64,000 nucleotides of DNA from the human T2T-CHM13v2.0 reference genome, Homo sapiens (GCF_009914755.1 NC_060925.1), one strand, 5' to 3'. Shown: positions 43,099-63,600, counted from the first letter of the stretch. Program-made: numbers and translations. Notes: generated from the sequence alone by a model not told the origin.

Positions 43099-45894
43099 GG
43101 GGGCCCTTTGATCTCCTGCCTAGGAATACACCAGGACTATATAGTTGGCTCAAACACTGTAATAAAAAGGCAAGAAGTTGAATGAGGCTGGCCGAGGCGC
43201 TTCTGGGGATGATGGTGAAGGGACTGTGGGGCATAGCAACTGCCCTAGACAGGTATGTCCTGCAGGGCTCTGGTCCTGGGAGATGCTTGGTCAAATACAT
43301 CCTACTTAGGAAATGCCAGCAGAATGCCTATAGACCTTCAAGGGCAGCATGTACTGGGTGGGGCTGGCTCATCTTCAGCAGGGGCGGGGCTCACAGATCT
43401 CAGAAGTACATGGATTCCAGGATCCTTTTAAGCACCATATCTCTACCCATCCTCTCGCTTTTTTATGCATTGCTCCCTGAATTCAATTCTGAGCACAATC
43501 TTCATGCTTCTTGCTTCCCTAACTCCTGTTCCAAAAGGGCCCCTTTCTCCTCCACGCTTTAAGACAGAGACCCTCAATTCTGGCCAGGCATTGCTGATGG
43601 TACATCCCAGAGTGCTGAGTGGAGACAAAGGTGTCCCACCTGAGCTGGAGGGAGGGGGCAGATGGAGGCACTGGAGATGCAGAAATGCAGCAAGCCAAGG
43701 GGTACAGCTGTGTGACCTCTTCATGGTCCCATAACCTTCTGGAGTCTGGACCTGCAGACTCCAAGGTCCTTAAGAGCTCAAGAGCCTATTAGCCTGGGGG
43801 TACTGAATGTCCCCGACCCTGGCTGAGCAGACCAAAGAACGAAGTCTCTTCTATGCCAGGCGTCTCTATTTCTTCTTTATAATCAAGGAGCTTTTCAATT
43901 ACAGCATTTTCCCCTTTACAGAAAACCTCCCTCAATGCAAGAGGCTTATAATCTCCCATGTGTCCTGGGGGGCACCATTCTGAGACTGTCAGGGCCCCTG
44001 GCGAGGAGGCAGCACGTGCCGTAGGGGGCTGGGCACAGAGCTTGGCATGCAGCCTAGCTACTGAGGGGGAAGATTGGACAAAGGCCCCGGAGCTTTGCTT
44101 TCCCTGTCCTATTTCAATCCAAACCACTCAGGACTGACCACTCACGCATGGCTGCCTCTGGGCACAAGCCTTGTCTCAGACACTTAATACATTGCGACCC
44201 AGCCACCATCTCTGTGCTCCCGATCACTGAGAAATGAAAGCTGGCTTTAAAAATCTGGCATCCAAAAAGGCTGGAGAACGAAAACATGGGTGGCACCACG
44301 GTAAACTCCAAATAATGCATGAGACTGCAGGTGAGGGAGGGGGGAACAGTCCTAAAATGGGAATGATGCCTCTTGGAAATAACTCCCCATCTCTGCCCGC
44401 CCACTCCTTCCCAGTCAGATCAAATGGGAGAAAAACTGAGATAGGAACTGCCCACCAGAGCAAGTAGGGGAAGAAAACCCCAAAGCAGCAAGTCCTCAAG
44501 GTGTGCTGTCCACAGAGCCACAGGTAAGGTCTAGGAAAGGCCGGCAAGGAGGGTGGGCTTCAGGGGCGGCTTGGAGCAGAGGACAGTTCCACTCTAACCA
44601 CAGCAAGGCAGGATGAAGAGTGGCAGTCGGCGCCAGGGCACACGCATCAGGGAAGGGCCAGCGGCCCCCGTCTGGGTGGGAGGCTGCCAACCTGGTGCAG
44701 CAGACATGACAGAGACTACCCCTGGGGTTAGAGGACTTTGGATCATGAATAGTTAGGAAGTCCCTGTTTTGAGGACAAAGAAGAAAAGCCTGAAGGTAGG
44801 GACAGTACTGGTCAAACCAAAGTAGTAAAAAGAGCTCTCCCCCAAGGGGCCACGGGAAAACTTCTAACAGATTCCAAAGTAGTCATTCATTTTTCCTTAC
44901 TGAGGATGTATCATGCGGGCCGCTGTGGGAATACAGTGGTAAGATGGCCAGAGCCCTGCTCTCAGGGAGCTACAACAGTCTAGCACTAATTAGGTTGATT
45001 CATTTGTGGGGGACTGAATGGTTTTAGGTGCAGACATAAAATCCAGCCTGGCCCTAACTCTGGCTTCCAGTACAGGAAATAAACAGTATACTCTAGTTCC
45101 AGAACTCCACAGTCTAGCATGACTTGGAGCCTCCTTCATCCAGAGAACAAGTGACATGCTGTGGATGAGTGAGAAGATGCTACAAAAACTCCAGATAAAC
45201 CAACCAAAGAGGCAGCTCAGAGACTAATAAAACAAGAGAAGTCCTGAGAGGTAGTCCTGTTTGGTAGCTTTCCAAATGTACTGCCTGGAGCTTCCTCAAG
45301 GGAGTAGGTGGGTGTGGGAGGAGGCCCCACTATCTACTTCCACGGAGTTCATGTTTGACAACTTCTACACATCCCACTTCCTTTCAGAGAGAACGCCGAG
45401 GCTCAAAGGGGAACAGACTTGTCCAGGATCATAAAAGGAACTGGTTGCAGCTTAGCATTCCCTTGGTTACAAAACACCAGAGCACCGGGGAAAGGAAAAC
45501 CCAGATAGAATTGTGCAGAGGCCAGTGTGCCAGCAGGCAACAATCCAACCCAGGCAGTGGCTGCGTCGGCCTCCTGGCCTCCCTGGAGTGCGTGCCCCAC
45601 TTCCTGTGGCTGAGGGCCTGCCTCGCCTGGCAGCACTAACGCAGATTTGGAATTCAAGCAGCCATTCCAGCTGCTGTTATAAGGCTGCCTCCCTCCCTGT
45701 CCGAGAGCAATTTCACTTCAAAGGCCCTCCAAGTCCTTGAAAGCAGGGTTTTTTTCCCTTTTTTTTAAAGCATGTTGGGGAGAAACAGATGATGCCCTCT
45801 ATTTGAGATCAATACAGTAATTATGTTGGACAAGCTCTTAGGGCTAACTTGAGGGGGAATTCACAGCCTCATGAATGACAAGCGTGAAAGCTCA

Positions 45895-46670
<776 letters not shown>

Positions 46671-47978
46671 AACAAAGTTAAACTAATGTCACTTTGAAGA
46701 GGTCATACAACTCCTGGCAAGCCACAATTCTGCAACCTCCTCCTTCCTAAAATCTAGTGAGGCTCAAAGAGATATTAAACCTTACCACATGCAGAAATCT
46801 CACATGGTTAGTATCTTGTATTTATTTGATAACTGGTTCTGTCATTTGTTGGGGGAGGGGAGACGTAAGAAATACCTGTTTCGTGTACTCTACCCTTGAA
46901 CGATATTATTCACTAAGTATCACCAGGTAAATAATGAAAAACGCAATTCTCAGACCAGGAAGTGACCTCTGAGCACCAGCCACAGGCCTCCGCATGGCTT
47001 TGCTTCCCAGTGCCCGCAGAGCCATGCCTCGGCAGCTCGAGACATCTGTTCCTGATGTTCTTAGCAATGACAATCAAAACAACTGAAGCTGCCCCTTTGG
47101 GGCAGAAACTGCCCATCACGGAGACATAAATCTTCAACATGCATTCTAAGCGTGTTTCAAATACCTTTCGACATGACCCTGCAAAAAAAACACCGAATTG
47201 AGAAGGCTTGCAGTTTGGCCATTGGCTTCATTATTCTTATGGGCCAGGAGAAAAGATTTATGTGACAGGATGGTCGAACACCTGTCTAGTTATCATTTTA
47301 GTTGGAAGGGCTTGAAGTAAAAGGTAGTTTCTAAAGTTCTCAGAGAAGATGCTCCAGGTAGCTTTGCTAGGTGGTTACAAGGCCTCTTTTTGAAGACTTG
47401 CAAAAGAGATTCCAACAGCATTTCCTCAGAAAGGCAACAGTTTTTTCTAAATGCAAAGAAAAATACAAAGCCTTTTACCTCAACAATATTTATTACTGTT
47501 TAATCCTCTGAGTGTAGTAAACAAAAATAGCAAATACTGCTATTTTGAGAGATGAAGAAATTAAGGTAAAGCAAGATTAAGTCACTTTTCTTGGTTACAA
47601 GGTAAATGGTGAAATTATCTGTAACACAGGTGGCCCAACTTCTACAACTCCACACTTTCAACACTTGCCTGTATGTTTATGTGCTATCTGGATAGCTAGC
47701 AGACTCCTTAGCCCAATTAACAGCCAGAATGGAAAAAAAAAAAAAAAAAAATCCAAGGTTTGAGATATATGGGATGGAGAAGTGGTTTTGTCTGCCAATG
47801 AGACTGTCTACCTGGCACACACTACCTGACACAGAAATGTTGCTCAGGGAAATCAACAAAGTGCTACCTACCATTTTACAAATGTTTATAATTTGTACTT
47901 TAATGAAAAATAGAGGGTTCGAATAATGTTGATAAATCCCCAGCCAGTATTTCTGCCTACAGAATGTCTAGGAGATGG

Positions 47979-48013
<35 letters not shown>

Positions 48014-48026
48014 CGTGTGTGTGTGT
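47979..48026. repeat. (GT)13(GC)5(GT)6 alternating purine-pyrimidine repeat
   Basis: Seen directly. Confidence 0.95.
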
Positions 48027-48075
48027 TTTGGGTGGGGGTGGTGATGCCAGCTTTCAGAAGTAGAAATGTTGTTGA

Positions 48076-48330
<255 letters not shown>

Positions 48331-49156
48331 GAAAATCTTCTTAAAATGAAAACGCTGGCTTTTAATCTGCATGCACTCTGTTCGCAGTCCCCTATTAATA
48401 CTGAATGAGCTGAGGACTAAAGTACCCAAGAGAAAGGATATGATTCTGCCCCATGATTCGGTAACAGGAAAGACAGGCTTTCTTGCTCATTTCGCTTCAG
48501 CGGTTTGTTTAGACAGAGATAAATCATCCCTTGGGTTTTTAAAACAGGTTATTCAACCTGAGCATTAGATTCCAATATTAACCAGAGTCTGATGAACAGA
48601 TCTATGACCACATAGACCAACCAAAAGCACATTTAAAATAACCAAAAAATTCACTATGGATTATGCTCCCACAGAAATAAAGGGACACTCATATCTTTTA
48701 AATTTGGCAGGAAGGTAACAGTAATTCTAAACAATAGAGTTCATAAATACACAGAAAGATACTTACTCCCCAGGAAATGAAGACACCCAAATGCAGCCTA
48801 TATTTCAGTTCGTGGTGACAATCTGTACCAGTGTAGTATGCTGAACACATTCGTTTCAGATTAAAGAATGGTCAGAAATATCAAGGGGAAAAGACCCAAG
48901 CTTCATAATACCTTATACCGGAGACTGATCTAATATAAAAAAGTACACATGCATGGCATTAGAACCCCAACACAAAGAGTCTCTGAACTTTTCACAGTCC
49001 AGAAGGCAAATGGACTCCATCTATTCATAATTACAGACGAAACGAGAATCGGGCTTTAGGTCATACCCTTTACCTGTTTTTCCCTGTACCAAGTGAGAAG
49101 GGTGGCAATGCAAAACCATTCAATACAAGCATACGTTTCTTTGCAACTCTGCCTAC

Positions 49157-49416
49157 TATGGGTGGGAGAGGCCCCAGCCCAGGGTTTCAAAGAGTACAGG
49201 AGTGGCCTGTGGATGCAGATTCCGATTCAGCGGGTCTAGGGCCTGAGCTCCTGCCTTGGTAATAAAGCTTCACAGTGTCACTGGAGCCGCTGGGCTGCAG
49301 TTACTTTCAGCAGTGCTGGCAGAACAAGGCAAGTTGTCAGAGCAGGAGGAAGATGACCCTGAGCCAAGGGCAGACTCTTGCAGCATCACCTGCTCACTCG
49401 GTGCCCACCCCACCCC
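49157..49416 (+). repeat. Copy 2 of the local direct duplication
   Basis: Collinear similarity to 42868-43098, including a 29/30 identical block. Confidence 0.7.
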
Positions 49417-50567
49417 TGGACAGAGATAATAAAGAAGCCAGTACTCAGAGCAGGTACCACCAGCCTGAAAGATTTACAAAAGGCTGTTATTTCGTAGCAT
49501 TGCAGGAGGAAAAAATACCCAAGTAACAAATTTCAAAACTGTTATCAACAGCAAATTGGGGAAAATATATCAGATTTCTGGGGGCTGCTAACATGTTTAT
49601 GTCAATCCCCAAAAAGAACCTTCTCTGGCCAACAAGCTTCTTTGTAAGGAAAAGGAAGTGGCTTCAATCAAGCATTGTGCGAACTTTTATAAAAGTCTTT
49701 ACCTTGGGAAAGAAGAAGTTTGTGTTATTAGTTTTAGGCTCCTGCATTCATTTCTTTGGAGCTAATAAAACAATGAGATCTAAAAATCAGGATCCATCAG
49801 CTCAACTTCAAGTCCTTCCCCTGTGCCAACCTCAAGGCCAGAACAGTTGGTCCCTTGGTTCCGCTCCTAGGATGGTTTCTCAGGGGGCTGTGTGCAGCTC
49901 TCACCTTCCCCCATAGATAGGCTCATTAGAGACCCCCTGCCTCCTCAGGGGACACAGACTGAAGACATTAGAAACACAGAGGGGAAACACAAACACGAAG
50001 TTAGAATTTTACCAAATGGCCGTAATTACTCTGACAAAAGGAGCTATTCAAAAGGGATGCTGCCAAGGTTATCGGGTCTCAAATCAAAATCTGCCTTCCC
50101 CATCCATGATCTGAGTTCACATTTTCATGAAAGGGGGAAAAAGCCTTGCACAAACCCAAGGCCAAGAAAAGTGTTAACAAGAGAGATGCCTAAGCTAGCA
50201 TCTCAGCCACAAACTTACACAGACGGACTCAACAGAGAAAACTTTTTTTTTTTTTTCAAAGGAAAAACTCCAGTCTTAAGTTCAATTAAAAAAACCCCTT
50301 CAATATTCTTAAGAATATTGCTTCGGTTACGTGTTGCTAAGAATGATAATCCTGAGTTGGATGGACAGCACATCCATATACTTTTTTCCTTTTTTAAACA
50401 ATGATCTAAGAGACCCTCTCAGGGCATTTTGGAATAATGCTTTCAAAAAGAGAACTGAGGTCCAAGAAACAGTGACATGGAGGACAGGAAGAACAAATTT
50501 TATAGAAACCTTGTGTTATCCAAATGTACTTCAGTCTGATTTACTCTTCTGATAGGTAGTCAGATTT

Positions 50568-50573
50568 TTTATT
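50568..50573 (-). terminator. AATAAA poly(A) signal candidate 4 (distal)
   Basis: tttatt on + strand; U/GU-rich sequence follows on the minus strand. Confidence 0.55.
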
Positions 50574-50878
50574 TTCAAACGTGCCAGGTACATTTCCCAC
50601 TTTTGAATAACAGCAAAACCGGAAGAGGATGCTTTCACACATAATAAATGTTCTCCATCCTTTCTGAAATGCACCAAAGCAAAAAGCCTCTGAAGTCAAA
50701 ACATGAGACATAATTCCTTGCTCATTGCAGGAGACATGCAGGTGCCCCCTCCTTTACCCAATACCAAGAGACAGACGGCCGGGCAGGTGTAAGGCGGGTG
50801 GCGCTGCAGCTGACATGGAGAAGAGTCTAAATCTGAAGACACTTTTCCACACTTAGGACAAGTTCTTCACTTTCATGC

Positions 50879-50884
50879 TTTATT
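50879..50884 (-). terminator. AATAAA poly(A) signal candidate 3
   Basis: tttatt on + strand. Confidence 0.5.
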
Positions 50885-51041
50885 GAAAGTAGAATATGAA
50901 TCAAAGACAGGCATTGGTAAGCAGGTTATGTCTCTAAAATTACTTTTCGTTCAGAGCAGAATGTTGTCCCATCTACTTGATACAATCCTTTATGGACCAA
51001 CGCATCTGGTATGAAACTCGAGCAAGGAAATATAACAGAAC

Positions 51042-51047
51042 TTTATT
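51042..51047 (-). terminator. AATAAA poly(A) signal candidate 2
   Basis: tttatt on + strand. Confidence 0.5.
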
Positions 51048-51204
51048 CCCCTCCCACGACTATAAATCTCATATGTAAACATGATTTACTATTACTGCTA
51101 CTAAACTTGTTCCGTCTTTACTTGCCCCCTCCCACCCACCACCCCCCTTAAATATAAAATTGGAAACATTTCCTTCAAGTCTGATGTCCATCAGTGCAAT
51201 CTGC

Positions 51205-51210
51205 TTTATT
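51205..51210 (-). terminator. AATAAA poly(A) signal candidate 1 (proximal)
   Basis: tttatt on + strand. Confidence 0.5.
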
Positions 51211-51372
51211 TGACATAAGGCATTTGGGACAGTCACGTTTGAATGGATTTCTGCCTTTTGGAAGGGGCATGTAATGGTTTAATTCTTAAATCCACCTTTG
51301 CTTTAATGCCCTAACATGTCAAACTCCTCTTCCCCTCTGGTCATTTCTTAGCAGTCAGCAAGTATTCAAAGA

Positions 51373-51395
51373 TTAATGTCCAAGAAGACCAGTAC
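51373..51395 (-). CDS. USP48: USP48 last exon, coding part: (G)TGLLGH-TAA
   Basis: tgtttcttttcccag acceptor and TAA stop at 51375-51373; completes the recalled USP48 terminus EEGFKGTGLLGH. Confidence 0.93.
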
Positions 51396-51664
51396 CTGGG
51401 AAAAGAAACACACGTGGAGGGATAGTTGTGAACTACAGATTAAAAGTTCATGGATTCCATTTACCAAGAACACATCATCAACAGGGAGCATCAAATTTAA
51501 TAAATGAACACAGTCGCACCTTGGTGTGGGAGGATAAGACAAAATACCAGCAGACTCCAGGCTCTCCGCTAAATCACATTTTTGTTGAAAGCCATGTGCT
51601 TCCTAAGTGTATCTTCACACAAACTAACCAGATTTTATTGATTCTTTCATTTAATGACCATTCT

Positions 51665-51949
51665 TCTTTTCTGAGAGTTTCACTCTTGTCGCCCAGGCTG
51701 GAGTGCAGTGGTGCAATCCTGGCTCACTGCAACCTTATCTCCCAGGTTCAAGCATTCTCCTGCCTCAGCCTCCCAAGTAGCTGAGATTACAGGCGCACGC
51801 CACCATGCCCGGCTAATTTTTGTATTTTTAGTAGAGATGGGGTTTCACCATGTTGGCCAGACTGGTCTCGAACTCCTGACCTCAAGTGACCCACCCGTCT
51901 CAACCTCCAAAAGTGCTGGGATTACAGGCGTGAGCCACCATGCCCGGCC
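51665..51949 (-). mobile_element. Alu in the last USP48 intron
   Basis: Alu consensus; flanking aatgaccatt repeat. Confidence 0.9.
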
Positions 51950-52763
51950 AATGACCATTTTTCATAAAGACGTTTTTTGCTTTGTTTTGACCCCATCAGG
52001 AGTCCCTTTGTAATGGTAGCATGCAGACAACACAGCTGCAGTAAGAGGAAGACTTTATTTTGGCCAGTAGATTTGTCTCTCATTTGCTTTAGCAAGGAAT
52101 AGCTGGTATGTGATTCAAAGTCATTCCTTAGAAAATCACAACCTGCCAGGGGCTTCTGGAGTGGCCAGCAAAGAATCAAGACAGCAACAGGAAAATCCGA
52201 AAACGTCAGAGGTCTGTATTTGATGACTTCTTGAATATTATCGGTGTGCACAACTACATGGCCCAGATGTAGTACGAGCACCACCGTGTCTCCTCTTGAA
52301 GTAATAATCCAACAAATGCCTTAATGCTAAGTGATTAATTAAATCTTTTCACTGGACTTGATAAAACCTGACAAATTCTTGTGCCACTAATTCTTAATAG
52401 TTACACACTGTTTTGCTCTAGGAGGGGACTTGATAGGAAGAACTGGGAAAAGGTTAAAAATAAATCTTGAAATGCCACTAGCTAATTTCCCAACCTCCCA
52501 TAAAATGAGAAAGGGAAGGCCAAATGGACATCTGGCAAGAAACAGTTCTAACACAAAAGCCCCAGCTGAGGCCCCATTTGAGGCCTGAGTGTTGAAAAAG
52601 ATAATGAAGAAGCTTGAGTAAGAAATGCATTTAACTAAAATTAATTTCAGTCATGAGACTCAGATTGGATTAAAATTTAAAATCAAATTATAGCCTTCGC
52701 TTTAACAGAAAATTACAGGATGACTCTGACATTCATGAACAAAACATGACAAATGTAACTTAC

Positions 52764-52790
52764 CTTTAAACCCTTCTTCTGGCATACAAA
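52764..52790 (-). CDS. USP48: USP48 27-nt micro-exon (phase 1/1): (V)CMPEEGFK+G
   Basis: Long polypyrimidine tract with cag acceptor (ctgaaaaaaagaaaaaaagaag on +) and gtaagt donor; in frame with both neighbours. Confidence 0.93.
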
Positions 52791-53200
52791 CTGAAAAAAA
52801 GAAAAAAAGAAGAATTCCAAATTGAAAAGATTGTCGTGACAGACAGTAATATCATTTCAATGCTTAAAGACAAAAGTTTAAAATAACTTTTGATTACCTT
52901 TGTCACCTGTAATAATCATCTTTGAAGTTACGGATGTTACTAATTTCAGAACAATCTTTGTTTCTGTTTTTATCAAAGCAATACGTATGCATCATTTAAA
53001 AAGTCAAATACTGACAGGACAAGGTTTGTAACTAGGGCACACCTAGTGCACGACTCTAGGAGTGGCCTGGGAGGAAGCCATGTAACTGACTCCTCTGGAG
53101 CTGTCTCTCTCCCCTTCCTCCTCCCATTCCCAAGTTCTGGAAGGAGTCACTTTTGACTCACACAGCAGCTTCTTCTGGTATTTAGCCTATTTCTAAATAA

Positions 53201-53524
<324 letters not shown>

Positions 53525-54551
53525 TAATTTTAGATAAAAATCTAATAAATTCTTCAGTGAAGGATACAAACAGCTGTTTTACCACTTACATAGCACCTGC
53601 CCCGACCCATCCTCCTGATGAAGTGGTGTTTGTTGTTGTTAAGCCAGTCTCCAGCGCTGGCATTACTTTTTACGCCATTAATACTAGTCACAGTTGAATG
53701 CCTTGGTGCACCTTGGTTATATTTACTACATGGTATGACTTGGTCTTTCTGGGCTTGGTAACTACTGAATTACTGATGTGTTTCATTTTCTCTGTATTTA
53801 TCTCCAATTCACGTGTAAATTCTTAAAGACCTGTAACCTCTTGAAGACAGTCATCATCCCTTCCACTTTTCCTTGTGGCATCCCTTCCTGAAGCTCGCAT
53901 CCCACCACTCCAATATGGATCAGGTGTCTTCGCTGCCTGCTGAAGAACAGTAGTTCTGAGACTTCCCTTCACCATCTTCTAGGGCATCTTATCCTAGGCT
54001 GATCTGCTATTTACTGGGTCCACTGTTGATTCTTTCTTGATTTAATGTTTAAGAAGAAGAACACATCCTCACACAGTATCATGGCAGACGGTGCATGACA
54101 GATCAATCTTTTGAAGCCCTGAATATGTTCAAGGGGCCATCAGGTGTGAGGGTTACAGACTTATAGATTGGAACTTGCTTTCCCTCAGGATCTTGCGGGC
54201 ACTGCTCTATTATCTTCCTGACTTCATCCTGTGAATTTGACTGGCTTTCCCTCCTACTTCTAGATGCTTTCATGACCCTCTTACCCTTAGTTTTTTACTT
54301 ACTATATCAAACCCAGGGTACCATCATTTTTTACATTTCCATGAACTCTCTTCTATGCTCCAAATGTTCCTTTTATATAGTTCCTCTTCCTATTGTTTGC
54401 TTTTTTTTTTTTGCCATTATTTATAGGTTATTTTCCAGCTTTCTTATGCTTCCTATGCTATTTCCTCGACATATCTTGGTCCCAGGCTCTCATTCCTCAA
54501 CTATCTGACTGCTCATATTTACTTAAGTATGAGGTACTAAAAAGATTTGTG

Positions 54552-55228
<677 letters not shown>

Positions 55229-55229
55229 G

Positions 55230-58495
<3,266 letters not shown>

Positions 58496-59149
58496 CAGAA
58501 CCAGACTTTTTACATCCACTGGTTATTTTCTTGACTAGTTTCCCTGGAGAGAAATCCCTTCCCACCTGGGGGAGGGTAAGTAATGGGCTGCCCGAATTTG
58601 AGCAAAGGGCTAAGAGATGGTCTCCTATTTGGTATAGGCTTCGTTCCCACCTTTCTAGTTTAATTTTTCCAAGTGTGGAAACACATAATTCTGGGTGCCC
58701 ATCTGAGGTCCAGGTGGAGATGGGGAAGTGACAAGGATGTGAAAGGTAGAGAGTTGTCTAACTGCTTCTTATACAGTTTTCCAAACAAGTATCATGTTAT
58801 CTTCTTTTTAGGCTCACAATTCATTCCCACCTTCAGAGGTACCTAGGCCTCTAATTTGTGTGTGCCTGTCTGGGGCACTGCAATCTGACTTAGTTTTGCT
58901 TCTTGTTGACCTCCTCCACAGGCAGAGCTCACATTTATTTCAGTTTCCTCAGGTTAGCTTTCCAAGTTTTTGTAGATATCTTTCCCTCCTTTCTATGATC
59001 TTTTAAGATAATGTATTCTACTGTAACAATATGTGGAAGCTTTTTTCAAGGTTCAAAGTAAAAGCACTGTACACTAAAGCTTCAATATCTAAAATCCCAC
59101 CTCCGTCTAAAACCTAATCAGCAGATTCCTAAAACAAATTCATCTTTAC

Positions 59150-59198
59150 CTTGCATGACATCATCCATTGCAGCATAATCTGCAATTGGTTCATCAGC
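59150..59198 (-). CDS. USP48: USP48 coding exon (49 nt, phase 0/1): ADEPIADYAAMDDVMQ+G
   Basis: ttttctag acceptor and gtaaag donor; frame continuous with the 126-nt exon. Confidence 0.95.
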
Positions 59199-60148
59199 CT
59201 AGAAAACAAATGAAGACAATTCAAAACCACAAGGGAGAGGGAGTCTGAAATTTGAAGTATGGCCCATGATTCAACTACTGATATTGCTATAAGACACAAA
59301 CACACTGTCCAGTAGATAACTCAGTTTCAGCCACAGCCAGCAGCGTCCAGGTTTAACAGCAGATGCCCTGCTGGCTATGGGTCTAGAGTCAACACTGCAG
59401 AAGTGGTATACTGTGTGTGTGAAGAGGAAAGGCAGGGGGGACTATTTTCCCATTCTTAAAGACACCTTTAGACATGGAAATGTTTAGACACCCTGGGGTT
59501 ACTAAAGACTGATTAAACCAATGTGAGCTAAGATACTCGTAGTGGCAGTGAGGGGTACAAATAAAAAGTTATACTGGTCCTCTCAGAATACCAATTAGGT
59601 TAAAATTATACTTTTGTCCCACTTCACCAGCAAGAACAAGATACCCATTTCCTTTTTAGGAGGAAGCTTATGATGTCTGAGCTTATGATAAGGTTAGCTG
59701 CAAGGATAATGAAGCCAATGACCAGTACAGACTCTAGCTGCCCATGTGAAGTACAAACCGTTCAACAATACAGGCTGTTTTAGGACTTTAGACAGGATCA
59801 TTAGGATCTAGCAACTCAATGTGTTTTCAAAACCATTTCACAGAACCTATACTTCCAGGAAATGCAGAATGTTAAACAGAGGGAGGGGTTAGGTGGTGGG
59901 ATGAGGGGTGTGTGTGCATGGATGGGGTAGATATGGGTCTGCCTCATCATTCCAGGGCCTAACTTTATCACACCAGAACGGGGGCTCCAAGGTTTGAAAA
60001 GCATACATTTCACAGTTCAAAATAAAAAACCTGAACAATGATTCTACCACATGATGTGGTGGTATTCGGCACAGTAGGGATTCTTTTGGCCAAGAAGAAA
60101 CAAAAGAGGCAATGGGAAGCGACTAAGTTAGGCCCTTAGGGAGGGTAG

Positions 60149-60474
<326 letters not shown>

Positions 60475-60519
60475 GTGAAAGTAGGGGCTTCTAAGACACT
60501 GTCAAAGAAAAGTCACTGA

Positions 60520-60932
<413 letters not shown>

Positions 60933-61930
60933 TTACCCTTGTTTCCTAGCTTGGCTGGCTAGTCCTTTTGAACCAAAAGGAAAAGAGGAGATACTTTAAT
61001 ACTATGACGTATGGTTAAGTAATTCTGCTGAACCGGAAGTTAGGGAAAAAGTTACAGAGGAGGCTGAATCTACTTTTAACTAAGAAAAACTATGAAAATC
61101 TCAGCAGAGATAGATTTTAAAGTATAAAATAAGTTACTATTTGCATTGGTCACAAGTCTATCTTCTACCCATTTTTTGCTTTTTTTTTTTGTGGGGGCAG
61201 CATTTCAAATTAAGTTGCAGACATCAGTATCATTAGTGTGGTTTTAAGAACAGATCCATCTAGTCCAAAAAAAGGAAAAAAAAAAAGCGGGGGGCGGGGG
61301 GTTGGAGGGCATTGGGGAGGGGACACCACAGAAACTTTGTGACCTGAGACCAGATCACTCAGCTTGCCCCTTTGGAATGTCAATCCTCAGTGCTCAGAGG
61401 GCCACAACCCAATATCACTCCCTTCCTCCCAGTCTGAGGGGAATGAAAACTAGATCTGTATCTGGAGAAGAATGGGGGCCCTTGTGACAGAAAATCAAAT
61501 GGGAAAAATCAGGCGTGGAGCTTAGCAGTTGGGTGAGTGGGATTTATACCACTGCCCTGCCCTACCAGGGAACAGGAAAGTAATGATGTACCCTGATCCC
61601 ACAAAGGCATAGAAACTGATCTAGGTGATCCAGGAAAGGCCAAGGAAAGCCTTCACTTTCACCTTCTCAGGGTACCAGCAGTTGCTGATGCTGTGGCGTA
61701 ACATCACCTACTATAACACACAAGAACAAGATAGATGATGTCCTGACCTCCTCTAAGTCTCCTGGGGCTCAGCCAGAGTTGGGCTGAGCTGCAAAAACCC
61801 ACAGCAGTCATTTATCACTACCCTCTGCTAAAGACCCAAGGCATCCTTTAACCACCATTTCACACAGTTTACACATAGTTATGTAACATGTAAAACCTTG
61901 AGTTCTTCAGCTAAGGAGCTGTTTACTTAC

Positions 61931-62056
61931 CTTCAATAAAATGACAGATTCAGGAATGACGCCAAGGGTGCCTAGGGTGGCACAGTCATCACTTAAAATC
62001 TTTCCATCAATTGACAAATTCTGGTCAAAAGGAGCAACTGAAAATGCATGCATGAT
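61931..62056 (-). CDS. USP48: USP48 coding exon (126 nt, phase 0/0), C-terminal ubiquitin-like region: [42 protein letters not shown]
   Basis: Minus-strand cag acceptor (ctg at 62057-59) and gtaagt donor (acttac at 61925-30). The peptide matches the USP48 C-terminus as I recall it and joins the next exons in frame. Confidence 0.95.
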
Positions 62057-62461
62057 CTGTGCCAATATAAAAGAGAGAAAGTCCGTATAATGCAAAATAC
62101 TAAGACTTATACCCTATTTAAATAAATTATGCATGGATTCTTAAAAAAAAAAAAAAGGCTTCAGAGTACAAAACCACTATTGCTTACAGTCAGCCTACTT
62201 GTTATACTCCTACTGAGGCTATCGTCCCTATATATCCGGGAACATCCTTAAGAGGTCTGGTAGAGTATTAGGAAACAATTACACATATAGATGCGTTTGT
62301 TCCTTACCTTACCAGCTTCCCAAGGATGGAGGTGTGGGGAAATAAAATGAATAAAAAGTGGGGCTGGGCTGATGGCTATTCTGAGGCTTGGGCAAGGTCA
62401 TCACTGTCACCTCATCTTTCCCAGGCCCCATATCCTTTCATCAACAAGTCAAGTCCAAATT

Positions 62462-62786
62462 CTTTCTTTTTTCTTTCTCTTTTTTTTTTGTTGTTGTTGA
62501 GACAGGGTCTCACTCTGTCACCCAGGCTGGAGTGCAGTGGCGCGATCATGGCTCATTGCAGCCTTGAACTCCCAGGCTCAAGGGATCCTCCCACCTAAGG
62601 CTTCTGAGTGGCTGAGACTACAGATGTGTGCTACCATGTCTGGCGGATTTTTTATTTTTTATTTTTGTAGACATGAGGTCTTGCTATGTTGCCCAGGCTG
62701 GTCTCGAACTCTTAGACTCAAGCAATCCTCCCAGCTTAGCCTCCCGAAGTGCAGAGATTACAGGCATGAGCCACTGCATCTGGCCC
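62462..62786 (-). mobile_element. AluJ-like element
   Basis: Antisense Alu; flanking caaattctttctt / caaaattctttctt repeat. Confidence 0.88.
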
Positions 62787-62989
62787 AAAATTCTTTCTTA
62801 AAACCATCTTTAAATTCTCTCTTTTGTTCTTATTCCTTTAGCAAATGGCCTGGGGTATGTAATTCAGCCTTTGGAACTGTCACATATTCTTAGACTGAGT
62901 TTTGTCTCTAGGAAGCAAAATATGAATTTCTGAAGGGTAGGGACCATATGCCCCACCCCAGTTCTGGCCAAGTGTTAAAAATTAAATAC

Positions 62990-63600
<611 letters not shown>

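Larger units (their letters stand above)
50545..51372 (-). other. USP48: USP48 3' UTR (distal end approximate; may extend further)
   Basis: AT-rich sequence after the stop, with no repeat I can recognise and four minus-strand AATAAA hexamers. Confidence 0.75.

Noticed and set aside
51922-52284. 120-aa minus-strand ORF in the last USP48 intron as an alternative terminal exon
   Set aside because: Non-ATG start, ends in an Alu, and I found no convincing in-phase acceptor.
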